The notes under the pieces: generated by a model | Told to the model about the DNA's origin: nothing | Seen by the model: the letters and a program-made list of their open reading frames with translations, nothing else | Databases searched by the model: none | Source of the DNA: Ylistrum balloti | Taxonomy: Eukaryota | NCBI RefSeq assembly: GCF_031769215.1 | Contig: NW_026782152.1 | Coordinates: 372,001 to 436,000 of the forward strand | Length of the DNA: 64,000 nucleotides | Direction: 5' to 3' | Shown: positions 14,101 to 26,946 of the stretch, one piece after another | Numbering within the stretch: the first letter of the stretch is position 1 | Layout: every line of letters starts with the position of its first letter | Made by a program: the position numbers and the translations under genes

Positions 14101-17100
14101 AAGACATTTTTTGAGAAGTCCATCCTCATGTCAATGATCTGCAGGTCAGGAAGCTGCACTCGTACGTTTTTGTGCATTGGTGTAAAATTGAGTCTGTCAT
14201 CAGCCTGTACACCATACTGGTTTAATGTTGACCTTGACCTTGTCAACCATAATTTTCTCTCTGGCCACCACAGAGAATGATCTGACCAATCCATAGCAAT
14301 ATCTGGAAACAAAAAGAAATATAGATTTTATAAAATGTTTAGTACATATTCAGAAATGATTAGTCAACTCTCTCTTTGAACACCATTCAATATTTTGTTT
14401 TTCATTTCATGTAATTATATATGGGAACCTCGAAATCACATTGAAAAATTATATATACATATTTATTCTGCTGACATTTAAAAAATACTGCTACATTGCA
14501 TTGCTGGTAGTTTTCATGGAAAAACATTTGATCACCTAAAACCAGGTATTACCAAAATAACATACAAATACATGCTGTGTTATGATAACAACACATATAA
14601 TATCACTTAGCCAAGCTTTCATTGGCTGAAGGTTTCTATTGTTTATATGTGACATCATAATTAACTTTACGGCATTGCCAGAGATGAAGTAAAATTGAGA
14701 ATTCTTGTTTTCTACATCTCCTATGAAATGCATATTTAAGTAAAAACCTCTATGTATCATAACTACTAGTGTTAATTAACACTGCATACATGTACTACAC
14801 AGTCAGTACAGTTTTAAAACATGGCAAACTATTTTCACATTGCCATTGTAATTCAGAAACATCAAACCACTGATGGTATCATGAAAAGCCATTGTCCTAG
14901 TATTTATAACCAGTAATACTGGGTCAACTTGAATGAAAGTGATATCATAACACAGTGACATCTATAGTATACTAACACAATGACATGTGTAAGGAATAGC
15001 CTCATGTCATTGACCCTGTATTTAATGAATATATTTAAATCTCCTTAAGTTATCAGGTTGAATTATTTGAATAGCCCAGTACTGTTATACAGAGTAATCC
15101 TATTCACCGAACTTCTGATCAATTATATGATAAGCAACAGAATGCAATCAAGCCAAAACCGTTGTACATTTGTTAGTCTTCTCGTCTCCTCGGACGTGCC
15201 AACTACCTTTAAGTCTCCGAGCAGCACAATCTATTGTTGACAAAGTAAACTTATATATCAACAACAAAATGAGCTGCATACCATTAACTCTATAGAGCTA
15301 ATCAATACCCATACATTTACCAATCATTATTAATTCCTTCGAACAGGTTTTTCATTCCAATGCTAGCATGATCACTGGATAGTTTTTTATCCAAGTTCTA
15401 CATTATAATATAGACGTATCTGCATTAAAACTGTTCCCAAAACGATGTAACTCTTCTTACACATTACCAATCTCACCAAATGTTTTCATCCTTGAAGTAC
15501 ATAGACATAATAACTAATTGCAGTAGTGTTTCTAATATTGACCATCACATCTTTAATTCTTTCTATATCTTAACTACATTTGGCTGGGTCGTGAATGCCC
15601 AATTCAGTAGACCATAACTTCTAAAAAGCTCATACATTGTTATATATGTCCATTTTTCCGCCAGCTCTAAATATTACAACAACTTTCCCAGCAAACATTT
15701 TCTACTAATATTGGTAATTTAGCTGACTTGTAAACTGGCTGTTAAGTGAATTTAACAACAAATAACAATCTGTGTATACATTGAACTTCCATCCCTTGGG
15801 AATTCCAGTCCTATTGCATTTAAAAGCATCTGTTCAACAATCTCTGTAGTTTCCCATTTTCATACACATTCAGTATCCAATAATAAGCTCCATTAGTCTG
15901 ATGACTAAGTTATATTTTGAATTTCCCATGAAGATCGCTTTCCATACTATTTGAGATTATGAATGTGATTTTAGTCAAACTTTCACTTCAAATCCAATGA
16001 ATTTTTTTCAGATTATTTCATAAATATCGTCTATTTTAAAACTTGCTTTAAATGTACCACTAAATAGGATGTATATAACATTTAGGGATGAATCATGTGA
16101 CCTACACTTGCATACATATTCAGGTATATAGAAGTGGACAGAATCAGTGCTATATTTTTAACATTAATCTCTAAATCATGATGCGAATCTAAATTGGTAA
16201 ATTAGGGCCTATTTTTAAAGTACTAAATAAGTTTTCTCCATAACTTAATTTACATGTAAATTTATTGTACGGAGCCTTTTAACCTAGACCGAGGAAACAA
16301 CACTGAAATACATAACAGATTTTTTTTTGAAAGAATGTACTACATTTTGTGTATACTTTTGATATTTTGATTGAATCAATTTAAAATCAATTAGTATCTG
16401 TTGATATTGATTTGGAAACTGAATGGATAAAAGCCTCATACCGTGATAAAAGTCTATTTAGATTGGACAGTCTACTTTATCAATACATGTAAATGGAAGG
16501 ATAGATATTTCCCAGTGGTGTATTTTACACTTCCAAGCATATTCTGGCAATCATGCTGTGCGTATACATGTAAACATCTATCTATAGGTACGGGTTATAT
16601 TTGTATGTATACCACTGTACAGAGAAACTGTCCATTTTTGCCTGCAGTCGTTCCAAATTACATAAACTACAAACATTCTACATGCACAGTAAGGAGAGAA
16701 GCTCTATAGTAATTTTGTATGGCAAATGCATAGTTATATAATCCACTGGCAAATGTGTCTCATTTTGCAGTGAATATGAAGCATCCAGCTAAGATACTCA
16801 TGAAGTCTCATAGAGGACGTCAGAAATTTTCTATGTACAGAATTCTTCCGAGTTAGCCATCTGGGACATGTAGCAAGGAAACAGTGCCTATCATGTTACC
16901 TCGAATTACAAATTACGACTTAGAATATGAAATGCTCTAAAATGACCTTCATTTCCTTAAAGTTAAAATGATTACTGTGTTCTCATGAACATGATTACAG
17001 ACAAAATATTCAAACAGCAACTTCATCCAAAATTTATGCAATAACCTTCATTTCTCAATTGTGTGATACCCAAATCATAACATATGACTTAAAACTCGTT

Positions 17101-20100
17101 CATCATTTACCACCATTAGCCTGATCATCAGACTGACAGCCTGCTTGTGTATCTCTCACATTTAAATTGATTATTCCATTCACCAAAAAAACATCAGCAT
17201 TGAATTGCATACATGAAAGTGCCCACAACAAAAGTGTCTGACTTCGATTTCCACTGTATGCGATATGGCTGCACCGTCAATCCACAGATTACTCCTGTAT
17301 TTATCAGGATGTAGATGTACAGCTGAAGTCAAGCACATAGCTTTATTACTACAAATAATCATCATTACTAGTAACAGTGCAACATTACTCAGCTTTCAAC
17401 TTTGAATGAGAACAGAACAGGACATTCTAGAACCGTGTTTGAAATATGATTACCTAATTTATTACATGAACAAGCAATCTTAATGCCTAATGAAAGTTGC
17501 TGTATGCTCATCATCAGGCTACCTAGAGTCTACAGTAGTGAACTATTTCATGAAGTCATTGATATATACATGAATCACACTGGATATCTACTGCACATCT
17601 GTTGGAGATCTGTTACACCTAACATCAGTAATGTTACACTAGATAGGATCACGTCATATTACAATATGTTACTTCTCAATACACTCTACCACCAGCTAAT
17701 ACCAGCAACCACACAGCCTAATAGCATGGTAACACCTTAACTCATTCCCAGATCTATAAGCTGATTTCTGCAATAAATTTTACTTTTTTACTAATTCCTC
17801 TTCTAAATCAATCACAATGTAACTGTTACTTGTCTGCTGCTGTTTCATTTACAAAATGTGAGGTTATGGAAGGTGACATCACAATCTGTAGCAATACTTT
17901 ACAATAGATTCAGAGATTAATGCATATCTTTTAAATTAATTTACAACAGAAATGTATTATACAAGTTCTATGACATCAGCTGTAACGCAGTCTTACAAGG
18001 ACTTCAGCATGTGTGATTGATTCGGACAGGAATCTAAGTTTCTGTTGTGCATACATATCATTGAATTTAAGCCTCTTATAATTTTAAGCATATGCACTTA
18101 AAAAGTCTATTTTTAAAAATGTTTTGCAAAATTTGAAAGCTTTACGGCCACGCCATAACTTGTTATTAATGATTTTTACATAAAGTAAATATTTGTATTT
18201 TCAACAGAGCCCAATACAAACAACATGTGACAGGAAGTGTTTTCCTAACATTTCCTATCCATCACTAACAAGTTAAAACAACAAATCACAGCCCTTCATT
18301 AACTTAAATTTAATCAAAAATGTAATCAAGTTCATTTTTAAAGAGGAATTTCCTCAAAACATGATTTTCAATTTTCATGTTACTTCCCAATTCATTGTGC
18401 ATGTTAGACTGAACATGTAAACTTACTAATGTGGGAAAATATCATATTTGCAAGACACCTTGGAACCGTCTACATATCAGCCACCAATTAAAGTAATTGA
18501 TAATTTTCTGACAAATACATTTTACAAAATTTCATTATTGTAATTGACAAAATAAAATGACAATTTGAAGAATGAAAAGTGAAATGATGTCAGCATTTTG
18601 TTGCTTTGATCATGATCAGATACACATTCTTCTGATATCAATTAATGCATTACTACAATTGTTATGACCCATATGCTTGGTATGAAATTTGGTTGATAAT
18701 GAGGAACTCCTGAGAGAAACCATAAATCTCCTCTCTCCTCTCAGATCTGACAATATAGCTAATTATAAAACAATGATGTTTTGGTATGATTCAGATGTGT
18801 ATGTCAATGCTATTAATGCATCATTTCGACTGTACTAATTAACATCAAAGATCAGATCTAAGATAACCCTATATATATCTGAGATCACAACACACCATGC
18901 ATGTCCGCCCCTATCGATGCTGCTGATACAAGACATTGGCATGTCTGTAAGACTAGGGAAGGGAACGGGTAGTGATTTGATCAGTGAGCACTTTTGATGG
19001 ACATGTAAGATTGGACACACCACTGCACTCTGTAATGAGTCGTGTGTAATACTTGTTCTGCAACAGACTGCCAATGTAAGGAAAGGTTCAATGAGTCAAC
19101 CACAGGAAGGTGGAATCTTAAGTACATGTCTCCCATTGTACTGCAGTTCTGAGAATGTTCATGTTCCAAAGGTAAAAAATTATGTTGATACAAGTTTTTT
19201 TCACTTTGTATCCATGTTATCAAACTGATCGCTAAATCAAATAAACTTATGTCAATGTCATCACCCTTTAGCATTTTTCTAAATATTTGTGATTAATTGC
19301 ATGTTGGAAAGCTCATACATAAAGGCTAATCTGTTAGAAGCACCAGTCCTAAGGTTACCTAGTACAACTCTACATTCCAGTCCTGCACTCCTAGCCGATA
19401 CCAAATATTCACTGATTCTAAGCAAGGAAGGAAGAAATGATAACTTTGTCAGATAAATCCCAATATTTAATCAAGTATACCTTACGTCATGTTGGGCGTC
19501 TACATATGTAGACTTCATATATCAACAATAAAAGGTATCAATCAAATTCAATTATGCATAAAATTGTGAATTAATCTGTGAATACTGGATACTAATTAAT
19601 ATAAAGGCACAGGTTTACTTTGAATGCTTGGAATTTTTTTCATAACATAATTGGGACAAAACAAAAACAGTATTTGATTCAATCTAAAAAGATTAGTGAG
19701 GCATGATGCAAAGTTTGATATGATAGCTTTGTAATGTATTCAATCACAGATGTGACCTGAATAATTTTAATCCTCATTGAGGTAATGGAGCATGTTATAG
19801 TCGACAAATACTGATCATTATCACAGTATTATAAATACAAATTACACAGGGTTGTATATACCGTGTAGAATCTCTACAATAACATTCCTTAAACATGTTG
19901 TAATTATTTGTCCATTTTAGTGTATAAACAAACACATACAATGTTGATACTTCACCAAACCTTTTGATACAAGCTTATCAACACACCTACAATATCAATC
20001 ACCATCTAATTTAAAACACATTGTTTTGTTTTATTTAATATACAGTTTAATTTGACATGTTATTCTACTGAAATTGAAGTATAAATTAACAAAAAATTGT

Positions 20101-23100
20101 TGCAAGAATCATAAAAATGCATGCAAATTTAATCATTAATCATTTTTCCTGATTTTCATTAAATAACCATGCATTGAGGGAGTGTAGTAACGTTCAGACA
20201 AACATTTAGGTGTGTTCAAGTTAAGCCACTAATAAAACTTCCATATAAGTGTTGTAATTCAGTGCACAACTCAAGAAAATTCATCTCCCAAATTTAGCAA
20301 CACAGAAGTTATTATCAACACTATAACGATCATATTATTTGAATTTTATTGGAGTTAAAATTATACCTGCTTTGCCTTGCTTATTTCAATTTTCAAGTAT
20401 ACATTAAAATTTATGAACTCAATCGATCAAACAAATAATGACTCTCACAGAGCTACACACAGAGCTGAACAGCAAGAGTCAACACTGGTGAAGGACACAT
20501 AAGACAAGTCTGGCGATCGCAAGAAAATCTTACTTTTCCCATGTGCATTGTATGACAATTCTGTCATCAACAAGTGTGAAAAAAAAATCCCTTTTTAAAA
20601 AGTATCACAAAGAAAACTTAGAAAGTTTGAATGTTAAAAACTGGTGATAACTGAGATAATATATTCAGGAAGTTGATAGATTTCACACAGCAGACCAGGT
20701 GACCATCAATCATACATAGGAAGTGACAAATTACTGATTAACGACAGCTCTCTCGTGTTCATCAATATCAATTAGCAGACAATTTTTCAAGCTGATGTCC
20801 ACTTTGAGTTGAAACTGCTGACAGCACAAAGTGTGATTTTGTATGTTACACCTGTTCATGTCCAAGCAAGGAAAATTAGGATACAATCATTCTGAAACAA
20901 ACAGCTTAGAATGAGAACCCTGAATTTTCACAACCTCCATAAGCCATACTGAGATACAAAGTAGACAACACATTCTCATTCAAGACAACCAATGAAGCAT
21001 TCACTCCCTACTATAATTACAATGTAAACTCTGTATTAATGATCATTAATATCTCATCTACAGTGCAAAGTAACGTGTACTGAAATCATACCAAAACTGA
21101 CTACATCAGTCTAATACAAGTCATAATATGGAAACAAGTTTGTCACTTAAGCTTGCCAGTTTATACTGACATTGCTCTCAACTGATTTGTTTTACTTTGC
21201 TGTCAAAAGGCTAAATATAACAAACTCCTCATTATGTACCTTTCCCTCTAACTATGTATCCAAGTTCAAGAAAATCACTTGTTTTCCTAACTCTGGTATA
21301 CTATTGTTCACTGACAAGTGCATACATCCTTACTCATGACGTAACTTGTTCCCCTAACACCATAGTATCATATGCCCAAACACTAGGGTATTTACCTTGT
21401 CCCTACAGCTCAAATACCCTTACCTGAACTTAAGTACCCTTTAAATAACTCCTGTAACACTAATAACTGTGAGCCCCCCCCCCCCCCACCCAACCCCCTT
21501 TAGTTAGTTGTAGTACTACATCTTCATAAGTGTGCACCCTAGTACCGAGCCTTAACTTAGGCTACCTATTGTACCTTCAGCTCCTCTTAGCTTTATCTAG
21601 TACCCCCTTTTTTTACAACTCACCTAACTTCCCTAAACGTTGGTGTCCATCTGGACTCAAGTGTCCCCCACCTCCCTCGACTACTCCTTCCCCAACATTA
21701 CTCAGTGGCATTCCTGTCTTGACCACACACACAATAAATAATAATACCTGGTATAATATCGCATTTGTCAGACTGATAGGCCAAAAAGTAGTGTAAGATG
21801 TGCCTGGGAGATACAGGTGACCCCTTGGTCTGGTGAAAGTATGTCAAGACACCCTCTTACAGACATTTAACTTAACACTGTCAACAATACAGGCATGGAC
21901 TAGATACACATACCTAGGACAAATGTCTTCAAACTGAAGTGCAGGGAGAAACACGATACCAGAACCAAAGTCTAATGCATCCAGTAAAACAGTAAATACG
22001 GTATACAAATGTAAAATGTGCTAGTTCTTTTCTAATGCTATTAACCTATGAAACCATCAGTGACTTAAAAACTGTATCATTCTGCATGACACAGTATCAT
22101 GCTCATATCCGTAAAAACATGAGGTGTAAATGTAGGAGCTAATTTTGCCCTGTGGCCAATGACATTTATTATATTAACATGTTGTACTAGTGATTCTCCA
22201 GGTAAAAATTTCAATGAATAGTAGCATATATATATATATAATATTACACCTAAATAGTGATGTGTGCTATACTACACAGGTGTGTGTATAGCAGTGTGTG
22301 GTATTCTCGTCAGTGCAGGTGCACAACATAACGGACAATGATTTGTTTACAGGTGTCAAGACAACCCAAACCATCCCAGGGTAATTTTACCTGTGCTTCA
22401 AATTAATTAACTCAATGTACAGCTTCTGTTGAGCAGCTGTGATCCGAAGTGTATAGGTAACAACCCAAAATCTCAAAATTATGAATCCTTTCTTCAAAGT
22501 TGAAGAATGTTTTTATTGTTAGATGTGTTTAGTGTTTTGTATCATTTCACACATGCTCCACCTTCACACATGGTTCTACGCAAACAAAATCAATCTAGTG
22601 AGTAACTATCCAAAAATACTTTCCACACCAAACAGAAACCCAATTCACTCAGTTCATCACTTCACCGGAACTGTATGAATGAACCATTTAAGCAAAAAAA
22701 GTTATCTGCTTCTCGCATGTCAAACACAAGTTTAACAAAAAACAACCCATTGAGTATTGTACACCAATATACTACAAATTTATAACAGTAATTCACTTAT
22801 TTACGAGAAGTGTGCGTTTTTGTTTTTTTTAGAAGCAGACATTACATTACTTGTTGCACCATGGTGTGATGACTTTTTCAATGAAGTCTTTTTGTAGATA
22901 TTCTGGTCAGTAATGAAAGTAAGTTATGTAGTTGATTGTACCTCATGAACTCACTAGTTAACCTAGCCCTCCCCATGGACACAGGAATGTACACTATCAT
23001 AACCATGTAACCAGATGTTCTCTATCCCCCACTCAAGCATGACGATGCATAACCACTCAAACTCCAGCTAGTCAATGTAATCTTTCTCAATAATCTTTCA

Positions 23101-24660
23101 CCAAAGAACATTCATGGTTACATTATAAGTTAAGGTTCTGACCTGAAATCCAACGCCAGACATGACAAGACAGTTTCGCTGTAAATTTTTATCACAAGGA
23201 CTTGGGCTTTTTCACTTTACTTATATCTTTCCAGAAAGGAAACGGGAAATTACATATACACATAGGATAACTAGCTGTTCTTCTAAGCCACCTCAAAATA
23301 TATGGTGCAATACTTAATACTGAAATTTAACTACACATAGTCCTTAACCTTCGTGTACAATTAACTTCTCTGTTTTCTTTTTTGAGACCAGACATCAAGC
23401 CGTACAGGCCCTAATTTAACAATTTTCCATGAACCACTGCTAGAGTCATCATCATTCTTCTGAATTCCGGTTTCAGTAAAAATACTTGTGGTTATTTTAA
23501 GAAACTTGGCAAATACGTAGTTTCAAAGAAAACCCTGCAATTCACCACTTGCAAAATGAAGACATTAGGCAAACAATAATATCACAATTAACAACCAGTA
23601 GGTACACAAAAAAGAAAAGCAAATGATATTAGTAAAAGGACTGAATACTAGCAATGCCATGACATTTTAAATGGTAAAACTTTTTTACAAACCCCTGGTA
23701 TATACACAAACCCAACTAACATTCTAGCTGAACATTTTAGTTAAGCTTAAAAAATCTTCAAATTTTTCACTTGAATCCTAATTTCATTTGAAGATAATTA
23801 TATCCTTCAAATGATTTCCTGTCCGTAAGTTATAGGTGATAATGAAGGTTAGGTCAATAAAAAATAAGCAATAGCTTCTCCTTCAACTGATAACCATGAT
23901 TTCAAGAACAGGATGTTAAAGATAAGCGTTAAAACTGTCCTATTTTGCTTAATGCAGAAAACCTTGGAAAGGTGCCAAAATTGCACATGTGTCAATACTA
24001 CCTGATTTTTTTTCATCTTCAGATTCAATGCAATGCCTTAAATACATGCGTGTGTGATTTATAACAGGGGAGGGATATAGGTTATGTAAATAAAACTTTG
24101 ATATGAATTTTGAACAGTCAGATCTTCCATTCAAAATGAAATAATATATCTCAATAAATAATGTCACTTTGTAGATCCTGTTAAAATAGTGTAACTCAAA
24201 ATATTTTAATACTTGATTATGCTGTCATTACTTCAAGGTTGAAGAAATTTCGGTCTGTCAATATTAGCAGGCATTTCAATTTGGACTCTTTCTAAAAATA
24301 TCTTATAGGTCTTAATTTCATCAGCTATAATGATGGGAATATCTTAAACATTACTCGTTTCAACCTTTAATGGCCATACTTCTACTTCTAAAGTGATGCA
24401 AACCTTCAGTCATTGTAAAATTTCTTTAGATTTAAACAATACCGTTAGTATATAATAACAGGCAACAGATACATATCAGTGCTTAAGACGAAAACACATG
24501 TACGAAGGATTGGAAAGTTGATAATATAATTACCCAGAGCGTCCACGAGCTGGACCATGACCCCACCCACATGTAGATCCCCTGTCACACGAAGGGTCCG
24601 TTCCAACTGTAAATCCGTAACCGTGATGGTCAGATTCCACGACCCGTCCGCGCTGGCCAT
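2029..24660 (-). CDS. FERMT2: Kindlin / fermitin family homolog (unc-112-like), 5' part: join(24660-24534,14302-14069,6212-5995,5287-5016,2131-2029); gene continues beyond position 1
   Basis: Spliced translation [62 protein letters not shown]...[14 protein letters not shown]...[41 protein letters not shown] matches the kindlin F0, F1 and start of F2 as I recall them. Exons of 127+234+218+272+103 = 954 nt (318 codons), all GT-AG with compatible phases. The paralog name is nominal, since invertebrates typically have a single kindlin. Confidence 0.95.
2185..2420. repeat. Degenerate ~30-bp tandem repeat
   Basis: Recurrent AGGTCAGCAATCA core, about 7 copies. Confidence 0.7.
5016..5287 (-). CDS. 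FERMT2: Kindlin coding exon 4 (272 nt, F1 loop)
   Basis: TTCTTATTTTCAG acceptor; NTLSRTPG...LANSP...[15 protein letters not shown]; donor TT|GTAAGT; phase 0-2. Confidence 0.92.
5995..6212 (-). CDS. FERMT2: Kindlin coding exon 3 (218 nt, F1 domain and lysine-rich loop)
   Basis: ATTTTATCCTTGAAG acceptor; [21 protein letters not shown]...KKKK...SPN; donor AAT|GTAAGT; phase 1-0. Confidence 0.94.
7895..10375. repeat. 34-bp minisatellite, about 70 copies (kindlin intron 2)
   Basis: Unit GTCTAACACCATTCTAATACTGATGCTATGRGAA with AGACACT/TGACACT/TGACGCT variants; degenerate edges. Confidence 0.98.
14069..14302 (-). CDS. FERMT2: Kindlin coding exon 2 (234 nt)
   Basis: TTTCTTTTTGTTTCCAG acceptor; [13 protein letters not shown]...LCKEL; donor G|GTAAGA; phase 1-1. 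Confidence 0.96.
21474..21498 (-). other. G-quadruplex-forming tract
   Basis: Minus strand GGGGGTTGGGT followed by a long G run, in kindlin intron 1. Confidence 0.5.
24534..24660 (-). CDS. FERMT2: Kindlin first coding exon (127 nt, F0 domain start)
   Basis: ATG at 24660 in strong context (GTGAAAATGG); MASADGSW...LVDAL; phase-1 donor G|GTAATT. Confidence 0.93.
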
Positions 24661-24825
24661 TTTCACGTATTATCTCTTGAAACACACAAATTTGTAATAT
24701 ACACAGACTGTACGTTTACTAACAAACCACACAGATAATTCCACTATACAGGTAAATCCCAACTTGAAGACATAACCAAAGCTTGCTCCCTCTACAACTC
24801 ACGGGAGTTTAGGAATTGGCATTCT
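24661..24825 (-). other. Probable 5' UTR part of the kindlin first coding exon
   Basis: Strong acceptor TTTTATTTCTTATTTTTCAG ending at 24826, implying an upstream non-coding exon. Candidate donor AAG|GTAGGC at 25144/25143. Confidence 0.5.
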
Positions 24826-25019
24826 CTGAAAAATAAGAAATAAAACTTTATTTGGTATTCTGATAAGCCGAAGTTCTTAACAACTATTACTAGTTGGATG
24901 TAGTTATGATGGTTGCAGATGAACAAAAGCTATACAGTTGCCAAACAACTTTTACTAAACAACGTGAGAAGATGAGCCACTCATACGGATTGGCATTAGA
25001 GTCGGAGACATATGTGAAA

Positions 25020-25710
25020 TCCGTGAATGAATGATAAAGTCGAAGTTTACAACTAGGCCTATTCTAGGTCACTCGCTGAAACGTAATGGCCGATCCCGAA
25101 GTAGGGAAGTCCGGCGAGAACAACTGTTTCTCTTTCTGCCTACCTTATTCCTTTGGCGTCCTTACGCGAAAAGATTGCCCTCGGTGTCCTCTCCTGACCT
25201 CGTGATAAACAACAGAGAGCGTGACACAATGCCACAAAACCAAAACACAAACGAACAAACGCTAGCAAGTACCTTAATGACTCAAACTGCTTGCCCTATA
25301 TGGAAGTGAATTATCTACGTTCTCTGAACTTCCCCATCTGCTGTTACACGGGTTTTGATTGGTTGTGGGATCTCCCACGTTGACATTCTTTATCGCACAA
25401 TGAAATGTTAGTGTAGCATTTAGAATGCTAATATCATAATTACCATACTTAATAAGATTTAATAATCTCTCACTTTAATTCAATTATATAATTTGCACTT
25501 GCATAAGATTGATAATAACGGGAAACCCCTCTCATATCAAAATGAAATTCGGACCAATCGTTGCCCGGCTTACAATAGAACACTGATCAATCGAGTACAT
25601 GCAAATGACGTCACATTGTAGGGGATTTACCAATCCCCAGCCGGTTTCAAGTTTCTTGGCTTTTTGCTGGTGTTACTCATATGTTTGTAATGTATGCAAA
25701 TTTGTAACGT
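25020..25710 (-). promoter_or_regulatory. Putative kindlin promoter / first non-coding exon
   Basis: Visibly CpG-richer than the surrounding DNA and immediately upstream of the first coding exon. CCAAT boxes at 25358-25362 (minus), 25494-25498 and 25630-25634 (plus). CRE TGACGTCA at 25606-25613. Octamers ATGCAAAT at 25599-25606 and 25694-25701. CArG-like CCCTATATGG at 25294-25303. Confidence 0.55.
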
Positions 25711-26889
25711 GTTTGAAGTCTAATTAACCAGCCATGTTAACCTACATTTTATTTATTATGTCTCAGAAATATAAGAAATTGGATGAATAAATAAATACAA
25801 TTTTTTACAGAAAAGATTAAAAATTAATAAGTGATGTCAATTTTTATGTTTAGTACATATATAGCCTAAATGCTATAACTGAGTATCAGTTTGTTGATAA
25901 ATATCTAAGGCAGTGGTCAGACATTGAAATCTTTGGTATTTCTATACAAGAATATATGATGATAACTTATTTGTATTGGACATTGGAAAAAAAACGACTG
26001 GGTAATAGTGGCAGAAACACACATTTAGTTAAAATGTGTATAAGTAGAACCAAGATATTGTTCAAATTTCCCTTTCAGTTTTAGAATAGCATGTATAAAT
26101 GCCAAAAAATTAAATTTGTGTTGTAATCTTTTGAGAAAGCAACTTTTCTTTATTAGCTATCATTGGCTAGGTAATCTTCATCAATTTGCTTAATTGCTGT
26201 CTTCATATGAATTTTTTTAAACTTACCAATTTATATTGAATAACTTTGTGAAACCCATATGATTCACAAATCCAGCATCAACACCATACTTGACACTATA
26301 TTTGCAAATCCATCCTGAGGACGGAGACTCCCATTGTGATGTCCTAGTTTTTAAAAGTTCAATAATGAGAAAAACTTGGATGTTCATAATTTCAAAAATC
26401 CCACTCTTCCACTAAATAGTCAGTACTAGTTAATGAAAAGGAAGCTTAAAAATGCATTTTCAAAGTCTTTATCTTTTGAAAGTACACAATATCATCCCCA
26501 CAGCAATTCAAAAAATTTAGACAAGCATTAACACCTTCCATCCTGGTCAAGAATATTTTGGATATTAAAACTGTTTTAGAATCTAGTTCTCAAGACATAT
26601 CAAAGCTAAATATGTTGGTTCATTTTAATCTGGCATCACACATGGCTTAATTCATATAATTTTATTATCAGGATATGAGCAACATTACACTTCAAGAAAT
26701 GCACAAGTTTTAAACTTTCCAATTCTGGTTTATTTTGGTCCACCCCTGTATTAGCTCTAATGGGATTAACTGGTGGAGTATCATTCACTTTTCATTAACT
26801 AATCAATATCTGGTATATGAAATCAGCATGAAACACCTCTAATTAATTCAGCACAACAATGTTCTATGTTTCTAATCAGTTATTGAAAT

Positions 26890-26946
26890 AAATATGAAAA
26901 CAAAACATAAATAAGATTTTTTCCATCAGGCCTTAATAATTTTATT
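26890..26946 (-). terminator. Candidate BBS8 polyadenylation signal
   Basis: AATAAA at 26946-26941 on the minus strand, followed about 30 nt later by U/GU-rich TTATTTATGTTTTGTTTTC. An alternative AATAAA lies at 27970-27965. Confidence 0.3.

Noticed and set aside
15240-15960. Protein-looking minus-strand stretch ([20 protein letters not shown]...ELGIHDP)
   Set aside because: About four stops in 70 codons is near random expectation, and no family is recognised.
18981-19274. 97-aa minus-strand ORF in kindlin intron 1
   Set aside because: No recognisable domain or flanking splice/TIR evidence; could be an old TE fragment but this cannot be supported.
26725-26750. Mariner-like terminus (minus TACAGGGGTGGACCAAAATAAACC)
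   Set aside because: No partner inverted repeat or transposase motif found nearby; left uncalled.
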